Below, in pieces: positions 43,468 through 52,470 of a DNA stretch of 64,000 bases (positions within the stretch are counted from its first letter, which is position 1; the number at the start of each line of letters is the position of its first letter). The stretch spans positions 4,487 to 68,486 of the forward strand of contig JAAYDF010000097.1 of NCBI GenBank assembly GCA_012729395.1. Reading direction: 5' to 3'. This stretch comes from Phycisphaerae bacterium. GTDB taxonomy: Bacteria > Planctomycetota > Phycisphaerae > UBA1845 > PWPN01. The translations under genes and the position numbers were made by a program. The notes beneath the pieces are model-generated. The model did not search any database, had not been told where the DNA came from, and worked only from the letters and a program-made list of their open reading frames with translations.

Positions 43468-45810
43468 ATGAACGCATGCGTGAGTCTGCTGATTGCGGTG
43501 AGTGGATGGATTGGGGCGGCCAATGGCACCGCGGCGACTGTCGCCGATCTGCCTGCAGGGCCGGCCCCGGCGCCGGTGTTGGCAGAGCACTTCCCCAGTC
43601 CGCTCTTCGCGTTTGTCTGGCGGAACTGGTCCTTGGTGCCGACCGAGCGACTGGCGAAGGTGGTGGGAGCCGAGACCGGGCAGATTCTGGAGATTGGGAA
43701 GTTGATGGGTTTGTCCGATCCGCCAACGGTTCCCCAGATGCAGTGGCGTCGATCCTACCTGACGATCATCCGGAGAAATTGGCATCTGCTGCCTTACGAG
43801 CAGCTTCTGGAACTCCTGGACTGGTCACCGGCCGAGATGGCCTACACGCTTCGCGAGGATGACTTCCTGTTCGTCAAGCTGGGCCATCTCAAGCCACGCT
43901 GTGCTCCCATCCGCTATGCCCCGCCCGATTCGGCGGCGCGAGAGCGGGCCCAGTGGATCGCTCGCGTGGTCGCGGAGTCGTTCCCCGATGGCGTGCTGCG
44001 GACCGAGGAGCCGTTGTTTGCGTTCGTGTCCGAGCTGTCCGGACCGATGGCGCAGAACGAGGTCACGCGACAGGCGTCCGAGGCTAAGGGGGCAAAGGCA
44101 CCTTCCGGCTTCTCTCCGCGTTTCTGCTACTCCTATTTCGCGTTGTACGGCGACCCGTTGGCCGACCGCCGCGATGATTCCTACCCCGACGGCTACCTGG
44201 CCCGGCTGTCGGCGTCGGGCGTGGACGGCGTGTGGCTGCAAGGGGTGTTGTACAAGATGGCACCGTTCCCCTGGCAACCGGAACTCAGCGAGGGCTGGCA
44301 AACGCGGATGGCGAATCTGCGCGAGCTGGTAGCCAGGGCGAAGCGGCAGGGAATCGGTATCTGGGTTTACCTGAATGAGCCGCGGGCCATGCCGTTGGCT
44401 TTCTTCGCGGACGCGAAGCGGGCGGATCTCAAGGGGGCGACGGGGGGCGATCACGCGGTGATGTGCACGAGCCACCCGGCCGTGCAGGCGTGGCTGCGCG
44501 ACGCGGTCGCCTCGATCTGCCGCGAGGTCCCCGATTTGGCGGGTTTCTTCACCATCACCGCTTCAGAGAACCTGACGAACTGTTGGTCGCATTTTGGCGG
44601 GGCGAACTGTCCACGCTGTGGGCCGCGGGGTGGGGCGGCGGTGGTGGCGGAGGTGAATAGGATTATCGAGGAGGGCATGAGAGCGTCAGGCAGCGATGCG
44701 CGGCTGTTGGCGTGGGACTGGGGCTGGCCCGACGACTGGGCCGAGCCGGGCATCGCCGCACTGCCCCCCGGCGTGGGGCTGATGAGCGTCAGCGAATGGA
44801 GTACTCCGTTCACGCGGGGCGGAGTCTCCAGCGCGGTGGGGGAGTACTCGATTTCGGTGGTCGGGCCCGGCCCGCGGGCTCGCCGGCATTGGGAGATCGC
44901 CCGTCGCCATGGTGTGCACGCCATCGCGAAGATTCAGGCGGGCAATACCTGGGAACTGTCCGCGGTGCCCTACATTCCGGCGGTGGCCAACGTGGCCCGT
45001 CACTTGGCGGGTTTGCGTGAGGAGAAGGTCGACGGCCTGATGCTCGGCTGGACGCTCGGGGGCTATCCGTCGCCGAACCTGGAGGTCGCGGGCGAACTGG
45101 CTCGGGATGCGGCGTGCACGGCGGATCAGGCACTCTTGCGCGTGGCCACACGGCGGTTTGGAGCCGAGGCCGCCGCGCGCGTGGTCGCCGCCTGGCAGGT
45201 GATGAGCGAAGGTTTCAGCGAGTTCCCGTACCACGGCAGCGTCGTCTACAACGCCCCGTTGCAGATGGGGCCTGCCAATCCGCTGTGGCTTGGCCGCACG
45301 GGTTATCGGGCCACGATGGTTGGTTTCCCTTACGATGATCTGCCCACGTGGCGGGCCAACTACCCAGCCGAGGTCTTCATTGGACAATTGGAGAAGGTCG
45401 CGGCGGGCTTCGATCAGGGCACGGCGATGCTCCGGGCGGTGCTGTCGACAGCCGGTGTGGCCGACAGCGGCCCGGTAATCGCTTTGCGTCGGGCATTGGC
45501 GCGGGAGGCGGATGTGGCCGAGGCGGCGGGTATCCACTTCCGCAGCGTGGCCCAGCAGGCCCGTTTTGTGGTGACCCGTGACAACGCCGCGGAGGCGACC
45601 GATCCCGCGAGTGCGGCAGCCCATCAGGGCGAGTTGCGGCGCATGCTGCAGAAGGAGATCGAGCTGGCCCTGCGGCTGCATGCCATCCAGGCCCGGGATT
45701 CGCGTATCGGTTTCGAGGCGTCCAATCAATACTACTACGTCCCGCTGGATCTCGCGGAGAAGGTCATCAACTGTCGGTATCTGCTGGAGCGGGACGGCGC
45801 CGGCCGATGA
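43468..45810 (+). CDS. Hypothetical secreted 780-aa protein, possible clan GH-A-like TIM-barrel glycosidase
   Basis: Start ATG 43468 gives MNACVSLLIAVSGWIGAANGTAA, a signal peptide. The central region (GVDGVWLQGVLY, RQGIGIWVYLNEPRAMP with an NEP motif, FFTITASENLTNCW) resembles a beta/alpha barrel with NEP acid/base. The first 650 nt of track ORF 42817..45810 overlap fabI out of frame and are rejected. Confidence 0.55.
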   Translation: MNACVSLLIAVSGWIGAANGTAATVADLPAGPAPAPVLAEHFPSPLFAFVWRNWSLVPTERLAKVVGAETGQILEIGKLMGLSDPPTVPQMQWRRSYLTIIRRNWHLLPYEQLLELLDWSPAEMAYTLREDDFLFVKLGHLKPRCAPIRYAPPDSAARERAQWIARVVAESFPDGVLRTEEPLFAFVSELSGPMAQNEVTRQASEAKGAKAPSGFSPRFCYSYFALYGDPLADRRDDSYPDGYLARLSASGVDGVWLQGVLYKMAPFPWQPELSEGWQTRMANLRELVARAKRQGIGIWVYLNEPRAMPLAFFADAKRADLKGATGGDHAVMCTSHPAVQAWLRDAVASICREVPDLAGFFTITASENLTNCWSHFGGANCPRCGPRGGAAVVAEVNRIIEEGMRASGSDARLLAWDWGWPDDWAEPGIAALPPGVGLMSVSEWSTPFTRGGVSSAVGEYSISVVGPGPRARRHWEIARRHGVHAIAKIQAGNTWELSAVPYIPAVANVARHLAGLREEKVDGLMLGWTLGGYPSPNLEVAGELARDAACTADQALLRVATRRFGAEAAARVVAAWQVMSEGFSEFPYHGSVVYNAPLQMGPANPLWLGRTGYRATMVGFPYDDLPTWRANYPAEVFIGQLEKVAAGFDQGTAMLRAVLSTAGVADSGPVIALRRALAREADVAEAAGIHFRSVAQQARFVVTRDNAAEATDPASAAAHQGELRRMLQKEIELALRLHAIQARDSRIGFEASNQYYYVPLDLAEKVINCRYLLERDGAGR

Positions 45811-45997
45811 ACCTCCCGTGGATGCTCAGATAGGCAGCGAAGCTTGGGGCCGCAGGTGACACACCACGGGCATCGCCGACGCTCCAAGGATCTGGAACCG
45901 CCGATCCGGCTCCGCCCTGCTACGCCGCGAGGAGTGAACGCGGACGAACGCCGATGCGTGGCACGGCCATGAGTTGGTCCGGACGCGTCGCGTCTCT

Positions 45998-46061
45998 GTA
46001 CCCTTATGCCTTTGTACCTTTGTACCTTTGTACCCTTGTGCCTTCATGCCTTCATGCCTCT
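45998..46061. repeat. Tandem 8-nt repeat array (8 units, RTRCCYTY on plus = RARGGYAY on minus)
   Basis: Read directly: GTACCCTT ATGCCTTT GTACCTTT GTACCTTT GTACCCTT GTGCCTTC ATGCCTTC ATGCCTCT. It is intergenic, between the 780-aa gene and the PilZ gene. Confidence 0.9.
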
Positions 46062-46368
46062 GTTCCCGAGACTCGTCGTGCCCATCGGGGGAGGGCAGGC
46101 TGGCGAGGGGCGGCCGCGGACAGCGATATACTCGGACGTGCGGGCGAGGTCCGAAAGACGCCCTTCGTTAAGGACCCATCGTGCAGGGCCGATACCTTTT
46201 CTGTGGTACCGGTTGTGCGGCAAGGTGCTGTGGCCGCCGGTGGGCTCCGCAGTTGGCCTGATTGAATCGTATATAGATAAACGGTCTGTCGCGGGACCCG
46301 GATGGCCTCGGATCGCGGGCGTGGGCTACGGCGCGGTCACAGATAGGCTCCGCGGCTGGAGATCGAAC

Positions 46369-46740
46369 ATGAAGACCGAGGAAATTGTCAGGCTGACACG
46401 CAAGCGGGTGGCGGCCCTGGTGAAGGCCCGGCAGGAACAAGAAGATCCCGACTTCTTCGAGGGCGGCGAGCGTCGCGAGAATTTCCGCTGGCCGTTTCCC
46501 GGAGCGGTGGAACTCTGGCCGGCCGGCGGCGACGGCCGCGAACGCTGGTATGCCACCTGCCGCAACCTGAGCATGGGCGGGCTGGGTATGGTCGCCGAGC
46601 AGCCGTTCGAGGCGGGTACCCAGGTCGAAATCGCCTGCCATTTCCCCGAGGCCACCTTCTTCGGCGAGGCCGTGGTCCGCCATTGCACCCCGGTGCCGGA
46701 CGGCTTCCTTGTCGGTGTCGAATTCCGCTTCCCATCCTGA
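46369..46740 (+). CDS. Stand-alone PilZ-domain c-di-GMP receptor
   Basis: Start ATG 46369 (GGAGAT SD). PilZ signature motifs RRENFR (RxxxR) and NLSMGG (D/NxSxxG). Length is 123 aa. Confidence 0.8.
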   Translation: MKTEEIVRLTRKRVAALVKARQEQEDPDFFEGGERRENFRWPFPGAVELWPAGGDGRERWYATCRNLSMGGLGMVAEQPFEAGTQVEIACHFPEATFFGEAVVRHCTPVPDGFLVGVEFRFPS

Positions 46741-46823
46741 CGGGCGGCAGTTTGCACTCTCGGCATTCCCACGAAGGCCTGGGGCCCGAATGGATTAGCG
46801 TGACAGCGCTGAATGGCGTTTTC

Positions 46824-46990
46824 CCGTAGCGGTCTCCGCCCGACTTCAGCGAGCTCTCTTCGAGCCCGCCTTCGGCTCTGAGGCTGAGCCTCATGCTCAG
46901 GCTCGAAGAGAGCCTCAGAGCCGAAGGCAGCCGAGCAGTGGCGACCGGCGTGTTCTTGGCGCGTGCGCTGGTTGCCAGAGGTTCAAGCCG
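46824..46990. repeat. Copy C (inverted orientation, degenerate distal arm) of the REP-like element, carrying a ~72-nt palindromic insertion
   Basis: ccgtagcggtctccgcccgacttcagcgagctc matches the reverse complement of gagctcgccgaagtcagcgggcgaacgctacgg in copy B, and cagccgagcagtggcgaccggcg matches the next block. The insertion holds 18-nt perfect inverted repeats (46868-46885 and 46911-46928) and 10-nt repeats (46856-46865 and 46901-46910). Confidence 0.75.
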
Positions 46991-47006
46991 CTATAGGGCG
47001 CAGTCA

Positions 47007-48248
47007 TCAGGCGTAGCTGGCCTCGGACGGGCTGCCGTGTTTGGCGGTTCGCTCCTGAGCGACTCGGGCTTCGTACCCGCTGGCTCGGTGGGCGGCCAGA
47101 GCATCCGCTTCCAGCCCCATCTGTTGCCGCACATAACCGATCAACGGGCGGGTATCGGTGAAGAAAGCCGCTCGCAACGTCTCTTCGGCACCCACCACGT
47201 CATCCTTGCTTTGGGCATCCCGCAGCTTGGCACGATTCACCAGCAATGCCTTGGCGAACAGCTCGTGGGCGGTCGTGACCGTCTGGATCATGGCCTCGAT
47301 CTTCGGCTTGAGGTTATGCGACTGGTCCACCATGTAAGCGATATTCAACGCCTGGCCGCGCTCTTCCTCCGCACTGACGATCTCGTGAAAGATGCGGAAG
47401 ACCTGGTACGGGTCGATACTGCCCAAGGTGAGGTCGTCGTCGGAATAGCGGCGATCATTGAAATGGAACCCGCCGAGCATGTTCTCGTCGATCAGCCAAG
47501 CGACGATCTGCTCGATGTTCTGGGCAAGGTAATGGTGCCCGGTGTCCACCAGCACGCGGGCTTCGGGGCCCGCCGCCTTGGCCAGCAGATAGGCCATGCC
47601 CCAGTCGGCGACATCGGTGTGGTAGAAGGCGGGCTCAAACGGCTTGTACTCGACCAGCATGGTCATGCCCGGCGGCATGGCGGCGTGCACCTCGCGCAGA
47701 CCCTCCGCAAATCGTCGCTTGCGGGATCGGATGTCGTCCTGCCCCGGATAGTTCGTCCCGTCCGCGAACCACAGCGACAACGCGTTGCTGCCCACCGCCT
47801 TGCCCAGCGCGACGCTGTCCAGGCAGTGCTGAATCGCCTTACGCCGAACCTGAGCATCACGGTTTCCGAAGCTGCCGTATTTGTAGCACTGAGCCTGGAA
47901 CACGTTGGGGTTGATCGCCCCGATACGCACGCCAGCCTTCTGGGCATATTCGCCGACCTTGGGGTCAGGACCATTGGGGAAGTCCCACAGCACGTGAACC
48001 GCGACGCTCGGGCAGATGCCGGTGAGTTTGTGGACCTGGGCGGCATCATCGAGTTTGTCACACATCGTCCGGGCCGCTGCCGGTTGGTGAAACTTCCCGA
48101 ATCGCGTGCCCGTGTCCGCGTATCCCCAAGAGGGCGTCTCGATGGCGAAGCTCTTGAGCCGAGCGAGGAGTTTCTCGGGGTCGCGCCCGTCGGCAGTAAC
48201 CTGATCGAGGATGCGCTGAGCGCGGTCGTCAACCTGTGATGTAGCCAT
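47007..48248 (-). CDS. L-rhamnose-isomerase-like sugar isomerase (RhaI / xylose-isomerase-like TIM barrel)
   Basis: 413-aa ORF. FAIETPSWGYADTGTRFGKF, VAVHVLWDFP and HYLAQNIEQIVAWL resemble the Pseudomonas/Rhizobium-type RhaI family. Assignment is by eye. Confidence 0.65.
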   Translation of the reverse strand: MATSQVDDRAQRILDQVTADGRDPEKLLARLKSFAIETPSWGYADTGTRFGKFHQPAAARTMCDKLDDAAQVHKLTGICPSVAVHVLWDFPNGPDPKVGEYAQKAGVRIGAINPNVFQAQCYKYGSFGNRDAQVRRKAIQHCLDSVALGKAVGSNALSLWFADGTNYPGQDDIRSRKRRFAEGLREVHAAMPPGMTMLVEYKPFEPAFYHTDVADWGMAYLLAKAAGPEARVLVDTGHHYLAQNIEQIVAWLIDENMLGGFHFNDRRYSDDDLTLGSIDPYQVFRIFHEIVSAEEERGQALNIAYMVDQSHNLKPKIEAMIQTVTTAHELFAKALLVNRAKLRDAQSKDDVVGAEETLRAAFFTDTRPLIGYVRQQMGLEADALAAHRASGYEARVAQERTAKHGSPSEASYA

Positions 48249-48598
48249 GGAATCTTGCTCCTTAGAGTATAGGGTTCAATGTTGGGCACTATCATCGCCA
48301 CCGTCGTTCGAGTTGTCAAGCGAGCGGCCCATTCATTGCGAACGGGTACGATGCGGCCTAGAATGGGCTTGCTGTCGATTCGGTGTTTAGCCTCGGAGCC
48401 CGTTTGACGCCACGGTACTGCCGGGCCGTCAGATGACCGGGCCGCGTGGGGAGCTCTTGCGCCGGCGAAAAAGAACCGGCTTCCCGGATGCTGGACACGT
48501 ACGATAGGCTGGCGCCGTCAGGGTGGTCGGATGCCTCTTGGGTCATGAGCCTCATGTGGCGGCTCCTTCTTCGCTGCCACGAAGTGCAAGGTCCTGTG

Positions 48599-51500
48599 AT
48601 GCAAAATCCGGTATGTGCCAGTATGATGCCCTGGTTGTTTGGTTGGGGCCGGTGCCGACGCGAGGTGGGCGGGTCTCGACGCCCCTGGGGGTGTGGTTCG
48701 GGGGCTTGCGTGCTGCTCTGCCTCCTGGGGCTGGTGCAGCCCTTGCCTGCCGAACAGGCCAGGACCGCGCCGGCCGCCGACGCTTCCGCGCCTTCCGTCG
48801 CCGAACCGGCGGAGGCACCTGTGACGCAACCGGCGGAGGTTCCCACCGCGGAGCACGGGGCCGTAGCTGCCGCCGACCTGCTCGCCCCGGTTATCCCTCC
48901 CGCACCTTCCGGCAATGCCCAGATTGCCGAGCGGCTCAAGATGGTCCAGACCCTGTTGGAGGGTTATCCGAGCAGCCAGCCCGCGACGCAGCCGGCGTCA
49001 CAGCCGGCGGAAGAAACCGCCCGGCAGCGGGGGGTGGCCTACTGGCCGCTGGTCGAGGTGCTCCGGCAGTACCAGGCTGAACTCGAGAACTGGCAGCGAA
49101 TCCGTGCCGACAGCGAACGTCTCGGCAGCCCGGAGACGATCAACAAGATCCGCCAGGACATCGAGGGCTGGAACGAGAGACGCGAGCATTACCTGTCGCT
49201 CCAGCAGGAGGAAATCCGCTATGTCTGGCTCTCGCGTTTCGAAGAGGTGGAGAAAGAGTTCAACGAGCAGAACGCGGAATTGCAGCGTCTCATCGGTTTG
49301 CGGACGACCCGCGAGCAACAGTTGACCGCGTTGCCCCGACAGCGGGCCGAGACCGATGCCGCCGTCCGAGCGACGAAGGAAGAGCTCCGCAAGTACGTGG
49401 CTGACCTGCCCGCCACCGACCTCCCGACTAGACTGACGCAGACCACGGCCAAAGAAGAACGCGATATCCTCTTGGTGCCCAAACGCGTCCTCGAATGGCA
49501 GCACAACCTGCAGCTCCTGCGGGCGGCGATGTATACCGACCTGGGAATCCTGTTGGAGCGGGCCCAGCCGCTTAACACGGATCGCATCACGGCCCTGTCG
49601 CGATATGTGGACGCGCTACGCCAGTACCGGCAACGGCTCGAGAAGGTTCGTGCGCAGTCCGAGGTCGAGTACGCCGCCAGCCAGCTCGCTCAGGCCGATC
49701 AGGGTTCCCATGACCGTACATACTGGGAAGTGCGGCTTGTGGCGGCCGAGGGGCTCGCCGAGTTCCAGAGGCTTGCCGCGGACCTGCCGGAAGTGATCTC
49801 CCAAGCCGACGCCGACCGGATCGAACAGCGTATTCAGCGGGGTCAGTACTACCTCGGGTTGTTCATGGAGTTGCTGGAGCGGCGGCAAGGCGAATCGATT
49901 CTTGAGATCTACCACTATGCCGGCCAGTTCCTCGACCGCTACGATTCGCAACTGCGCGACTTGCGGAGCCAGCTTGACCAGGTGACCGATCAGTTGCGCG
50001 TGGTTCAGGAACGCCGCGATCAGATCCGCGAGCGCATTCGCACCGGACGCGAGAAACTCGAGCAGCAAATCCTCCCCTTGTCCGGCGATGAGCTCACGCG
50101 AGCGAGGGAGCGGCAGGCTCGACTGACGGGCGATCTTCAGGGGGAGTTGTACGGCACGCTGGACAGGGTGGTCGAGCAGTTGGAGGCCTCTCGCGATCGG
50201 CTGATGAAGACCATCCCCTTGGTGGAAGAGCATGTGATCCAGTTGCGCCGCGAGCGCTCGCGGATGTACCGCAGCTATCTGTTCAAACGCGATCGCGGGC
50301 CATTTCGTCAGGATTGGGAGGCGGTGGGCAAGGAGTGGAATTCGCTCTGGACGGGGCGCGGTAGCCCGGGGGAGCCTCTGCGGGCGATGGGGCGGGCTCG
50401 ATGGGCGTTCTTCCGGGAGTGGCCGCCCGGCAGGTGGCTGGTCGTTGCGATCCTGGTCTCTCTGGTGAGCGTGCTGGCCTGGATGGTCCGACGCAGGCTG
50501 ACTGCCTGGCTGCTCAAACAGGATCCGCCGTCCCCGTCCCAATCCGGATCGCCCACGATGCCTTCTGACCAGGAATACCCTGGGAATTCCTCTATTGAGG
50601 AGTCTACCCAGCCGGCTTCCGTTTGCCTGCTGCATCGCATCGAGGTCCAGGCGGTGCGAGTGCTGGTCTGGACGGCGCTGCCGGTTTGGCCCCTGCTCAT
50701 GCTGCTGGCCTGCTACCTGCTGCTGACACCGGATGCGCCGACGCTGACGCTCACGGCGGGCCTGTTGGCCGGAGTCGCCTTGGTTATCCTGGGCTACGCG
50801 GCGATCTGGGCGGTCTTCGATCCGTCCAGGCCGGCTTACCGGATCATCCCCTGTGACGATGCCTTCGCCCAGTACCACCGTCGATGGCTGCTGCTCCTGG
50901 GACTTGTTGCCGCCCTCGCCATGTTGCCTCGGCTCGTGCTCTATGTGATCGATTCGTCCCTCGCCTTGGGATACTTCATCTGGGATACGTCGAATGTCTT
51001 GTTGCTGCTGATGGTCACCATGTACCTGCTGCAGCGGCGGAGGTTCTTCCCCTCGCTCGACGCCCGCGGGAAGGCTCCGAACCTCCGGATGGCCCTGTAT
51101 GTGCGCAGTTTTCCGCTGCTGGTGCTCAGCGTCATCGCGCTGATTGGCATGGAGCTTGTGGGCTACGCCCCTCTGGCGGATTATTTGATGGGCGGCTTGC
51201 TGGTGACCGTGCTCATATTCCTGTCGGCCAAGATGCTGCGAAGCCTCATCGCCGCATGGGGCCGGGCTCGATCCGCCGAGGCGACTCAGGCGGGCGAAAA
51301 AACGGCCGCGTCCTTGTTGGTGGTCGGCCATCCGCTGTTACCTTTGGTTGTTCAAGTGGCCCGATTGGCCGTTCTCGTGGGTGCGATCGTGGCGGTTCTG
51401 AGCCTGTGGGGAATCAGTCCGTTCGAGGTCAACGAGATTCTGCAATACGAACTGATTGGCACCACGGCTGGGCCAATCACCACCTGGCGCCTGCTCGCCG

Positions 51501-52348
51501 GTGTGTTCGCGGTGGCCCTTGGCGTGTTAGTATCTCGCACCCTGCGATCTTTCCTCGAAACCGATGTGTTTCCGGAAACCCGCCACCTCGACCGTGGAAC
51601 ACAGGCGGCCATCCTGCTGTTGCTCAATTACTCCGTGATCGGCCTATCTATCTACATCGGACTGAACCTCGCCCACATCGATCTCGGAGCTCTGACCATT
51701 CTGTTGGGCACGTTCGGCTTGGGCTTGGGGCTGGGTCTGCAACCCCTGTTCGTCAACTTCATCAGCGGGATCATGATTCTGCTTGAACGGCAGATCAAAG
51801 TGGGCGATATCGTCGAGGTCGAGGGGAAGCCGGGCGAGGTACTGTCAATTAGCATGCGCTCGACCCGCATTCGTTCTTATGATGGCATCGAGTTGGTTGT
51901 CCCCAACGGCGAGTTCATCACCGGCCGGGTCGCCAACTGGACCCTCAGCGGACAGGCACTGCGAGCCCGCGTTGAGGTCGGCGTGGCCTACGGCACCGAT
52001 GTGCAATTGGTCCGAAAGCTCCTTCTGGACATCGCCTACAGGCACCCGAACGCGCTGGTCGACCCCGCCCCGCAGGTGTGGTTCATGAACTTCGGCGAGA
52101 GCAGCCTGGATTTCGTCCTCGTGTGCTGGTTCGCCAACTCCGCGTCTCGGTGGGATTTCCTCTCGCAGGTCCGGTTCGAGATCACCAAGATCTTCGACCA
52201 ACACGGGATCAACATTCCCTTCCCGCAGCGAACGCTCAGCCTCCTGGGCGATAAGCCGATCCCGGTCGAAGTGCGACGGCCGGCCGTTCCGACAACGTCG
52301 GCCAACGAGGCCGCACCGGCAGAGAACGCCGGAGGAACGCCGCCGTAG
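48599..52348 (+). CDS. Large MscS-family mechanosensitive channel (MscK/KefA-like) with a long coiled-coil periplasmic N-domain
   Basis: The C-terminal MscS core is LGLGLGLQPLFVNFISGIMILLERQIKVGDIVEVEGKPGEVLSISMRSTRIRSYDGIELVVPNGEFITGRVANWT, preceded by multiple TM helices and a ~550-aa Q/E/R-rich helical region. The start is ambiguous (ATG 48599, 48623 or 48626; the track start is 48446). Confidence 0.85.
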   Translation: MQNPVCASMMPWLFGWGRCRREVGGSRRPWGCGSGACVLLCLLGLVQPLPAEQARTAPAADASAPSVAEPAEAPVTQPAEVPTAEHGAVAAADLLAPVIPPAPSGNAQIAERLKMVQTLLEGYPSSQPATQPASQPAEETARQRGVAYWPLVEVLRQYQAELENWQRIRADSERLGSPETINKIRQDIEGWNERREHYLSLQQEEIRYVWLSRFEEVEKEFNEQNAELQRLIGLRTTREQQLTALPRQRAETDAAVRATKEELRKYVADLPATDLPTRLTQTTAKEERDILLVPKRVLEWQHNLQLLRAAMYTDLGILLERAQPLNTDRITALSRYVDALRQYRQRLEKVRAQSEVEYAASQLAQADQGSHDRTYWEVRLVAAEGLAEFQRLAADLPEVISQADADRIEQRIQRGQYYLGLFMELLERRQGESILEIYHYAGQFLDRYDSQLRDLRSQLDQVTDQLRVVQERRDQIRERIRTGREKLEQQILPLSGDELTRARERQARLTGDLQGELYGTLDRVVEQLEASRDRLMKTIPLVEEHVIQLRRERSRMYRSYLFKRDRGPFRQDWEAVGKEWNSLWTGRGSPGEPLRAMGRARWAFFREWPPGRWLVVAILVSLVSVLAWMVRRRLTAWLLKQDPPSPSQSGSPTMPSDQEYPGNSSIEESTQPASVCLLHRIEVQAVRVLVWTALPVWPLLMLLACYLLLTPDAPTLTLTAGLLAGVALVILGYAAIWAVFDPSRPAYRIIPCDDAFAQYHRRWLLLLGLVAALAMLPRLVLYVIDSSLALGYFIWDTSNVLLLLMVTMYLLQRRRFFPSLDARGKAPNLRMALYVRSFPLLVLSVIALIGMELVGYAPLADYLMGGLLVTVLIFLSAKMLRSLIAAWGRARSAEATQAGEKTAASLLVVGHPLLPLVVQVARLAVLVGAIVAVLSLWGISPFEVNEILQYELIGTTAGPITTWRLLAGVFAVALGVLVSRTLRSFLETDVFPETRHLDRGTQAAILLLLNYSVIGLSIYIGLNLAHIDLGALTILLGTFGLGLGLGLQPLFVNFISGIMILLERQIKVGDIVEVEGKPGEVLSISMRSTRIRSYDGIELVVPNGEFITGRVANWTLSGQALRARVEVGVAYGTDVQLVRKLLLDIAYRHPNALVDPAPQVWFMNFGESSLDFVLVCWFANSASRWDFLSQVRFEITKIFDQHGINIPFPQRTLSLLGDKPIPVEVRRPAVPTTSANEAAPAENAGGTPP

Positions 52349-52446
52349 CGGTCGCCCCCCGTGGCGACCGGCGATTTGCGGATCACTCCCGCCTGTCGCC
52401 ACGGCTCGGCTGAGCTCGCCGAAGTCAGCGGGCGAACGCTACGGGG
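52343..52446. repeat. Copy B of the REP-like nested-hairpin element, filling a convergent intergenic gap
   Basis: ccGTAGCGGTCGCCCCCCGTGGCGACCGGCG-loop-CGCCTGTCGCCACGGCTCGGCTGAGCTCGCCGAAGTCAGCGGGCGAACGCTACGG. The outer arms GTAGCGGTCGCC / GGCGAACGCTAC and the inner arms GTGGCGAC / GTCGCCAC are mutually complementary. It begins at the MscS-family gene's stop codon (TAG 52346-52348) and ends 25 nt before the MazG-like gene's stop. Confidence 0.8.
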
Positions 52447-52470
52447 TAGCGCGGTTACCGCCAACAAGCC

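Noticed and set aside
45826-46047. 73-aa minus-strand ORF reading MKAQGYKGTKVQRHKGTE
   Set aside because: It is a translation of the 8-nt tandem repeat. A period that is not a multiple of three is incompatible with selection on a peptide repeat.
49616-51331. 571-aa minus-strand ORF
   Set aside because: It is antisense to the MscS-family channel gene. Its product is Arg/Gly/Pro/Gln-rich with no domain signature.
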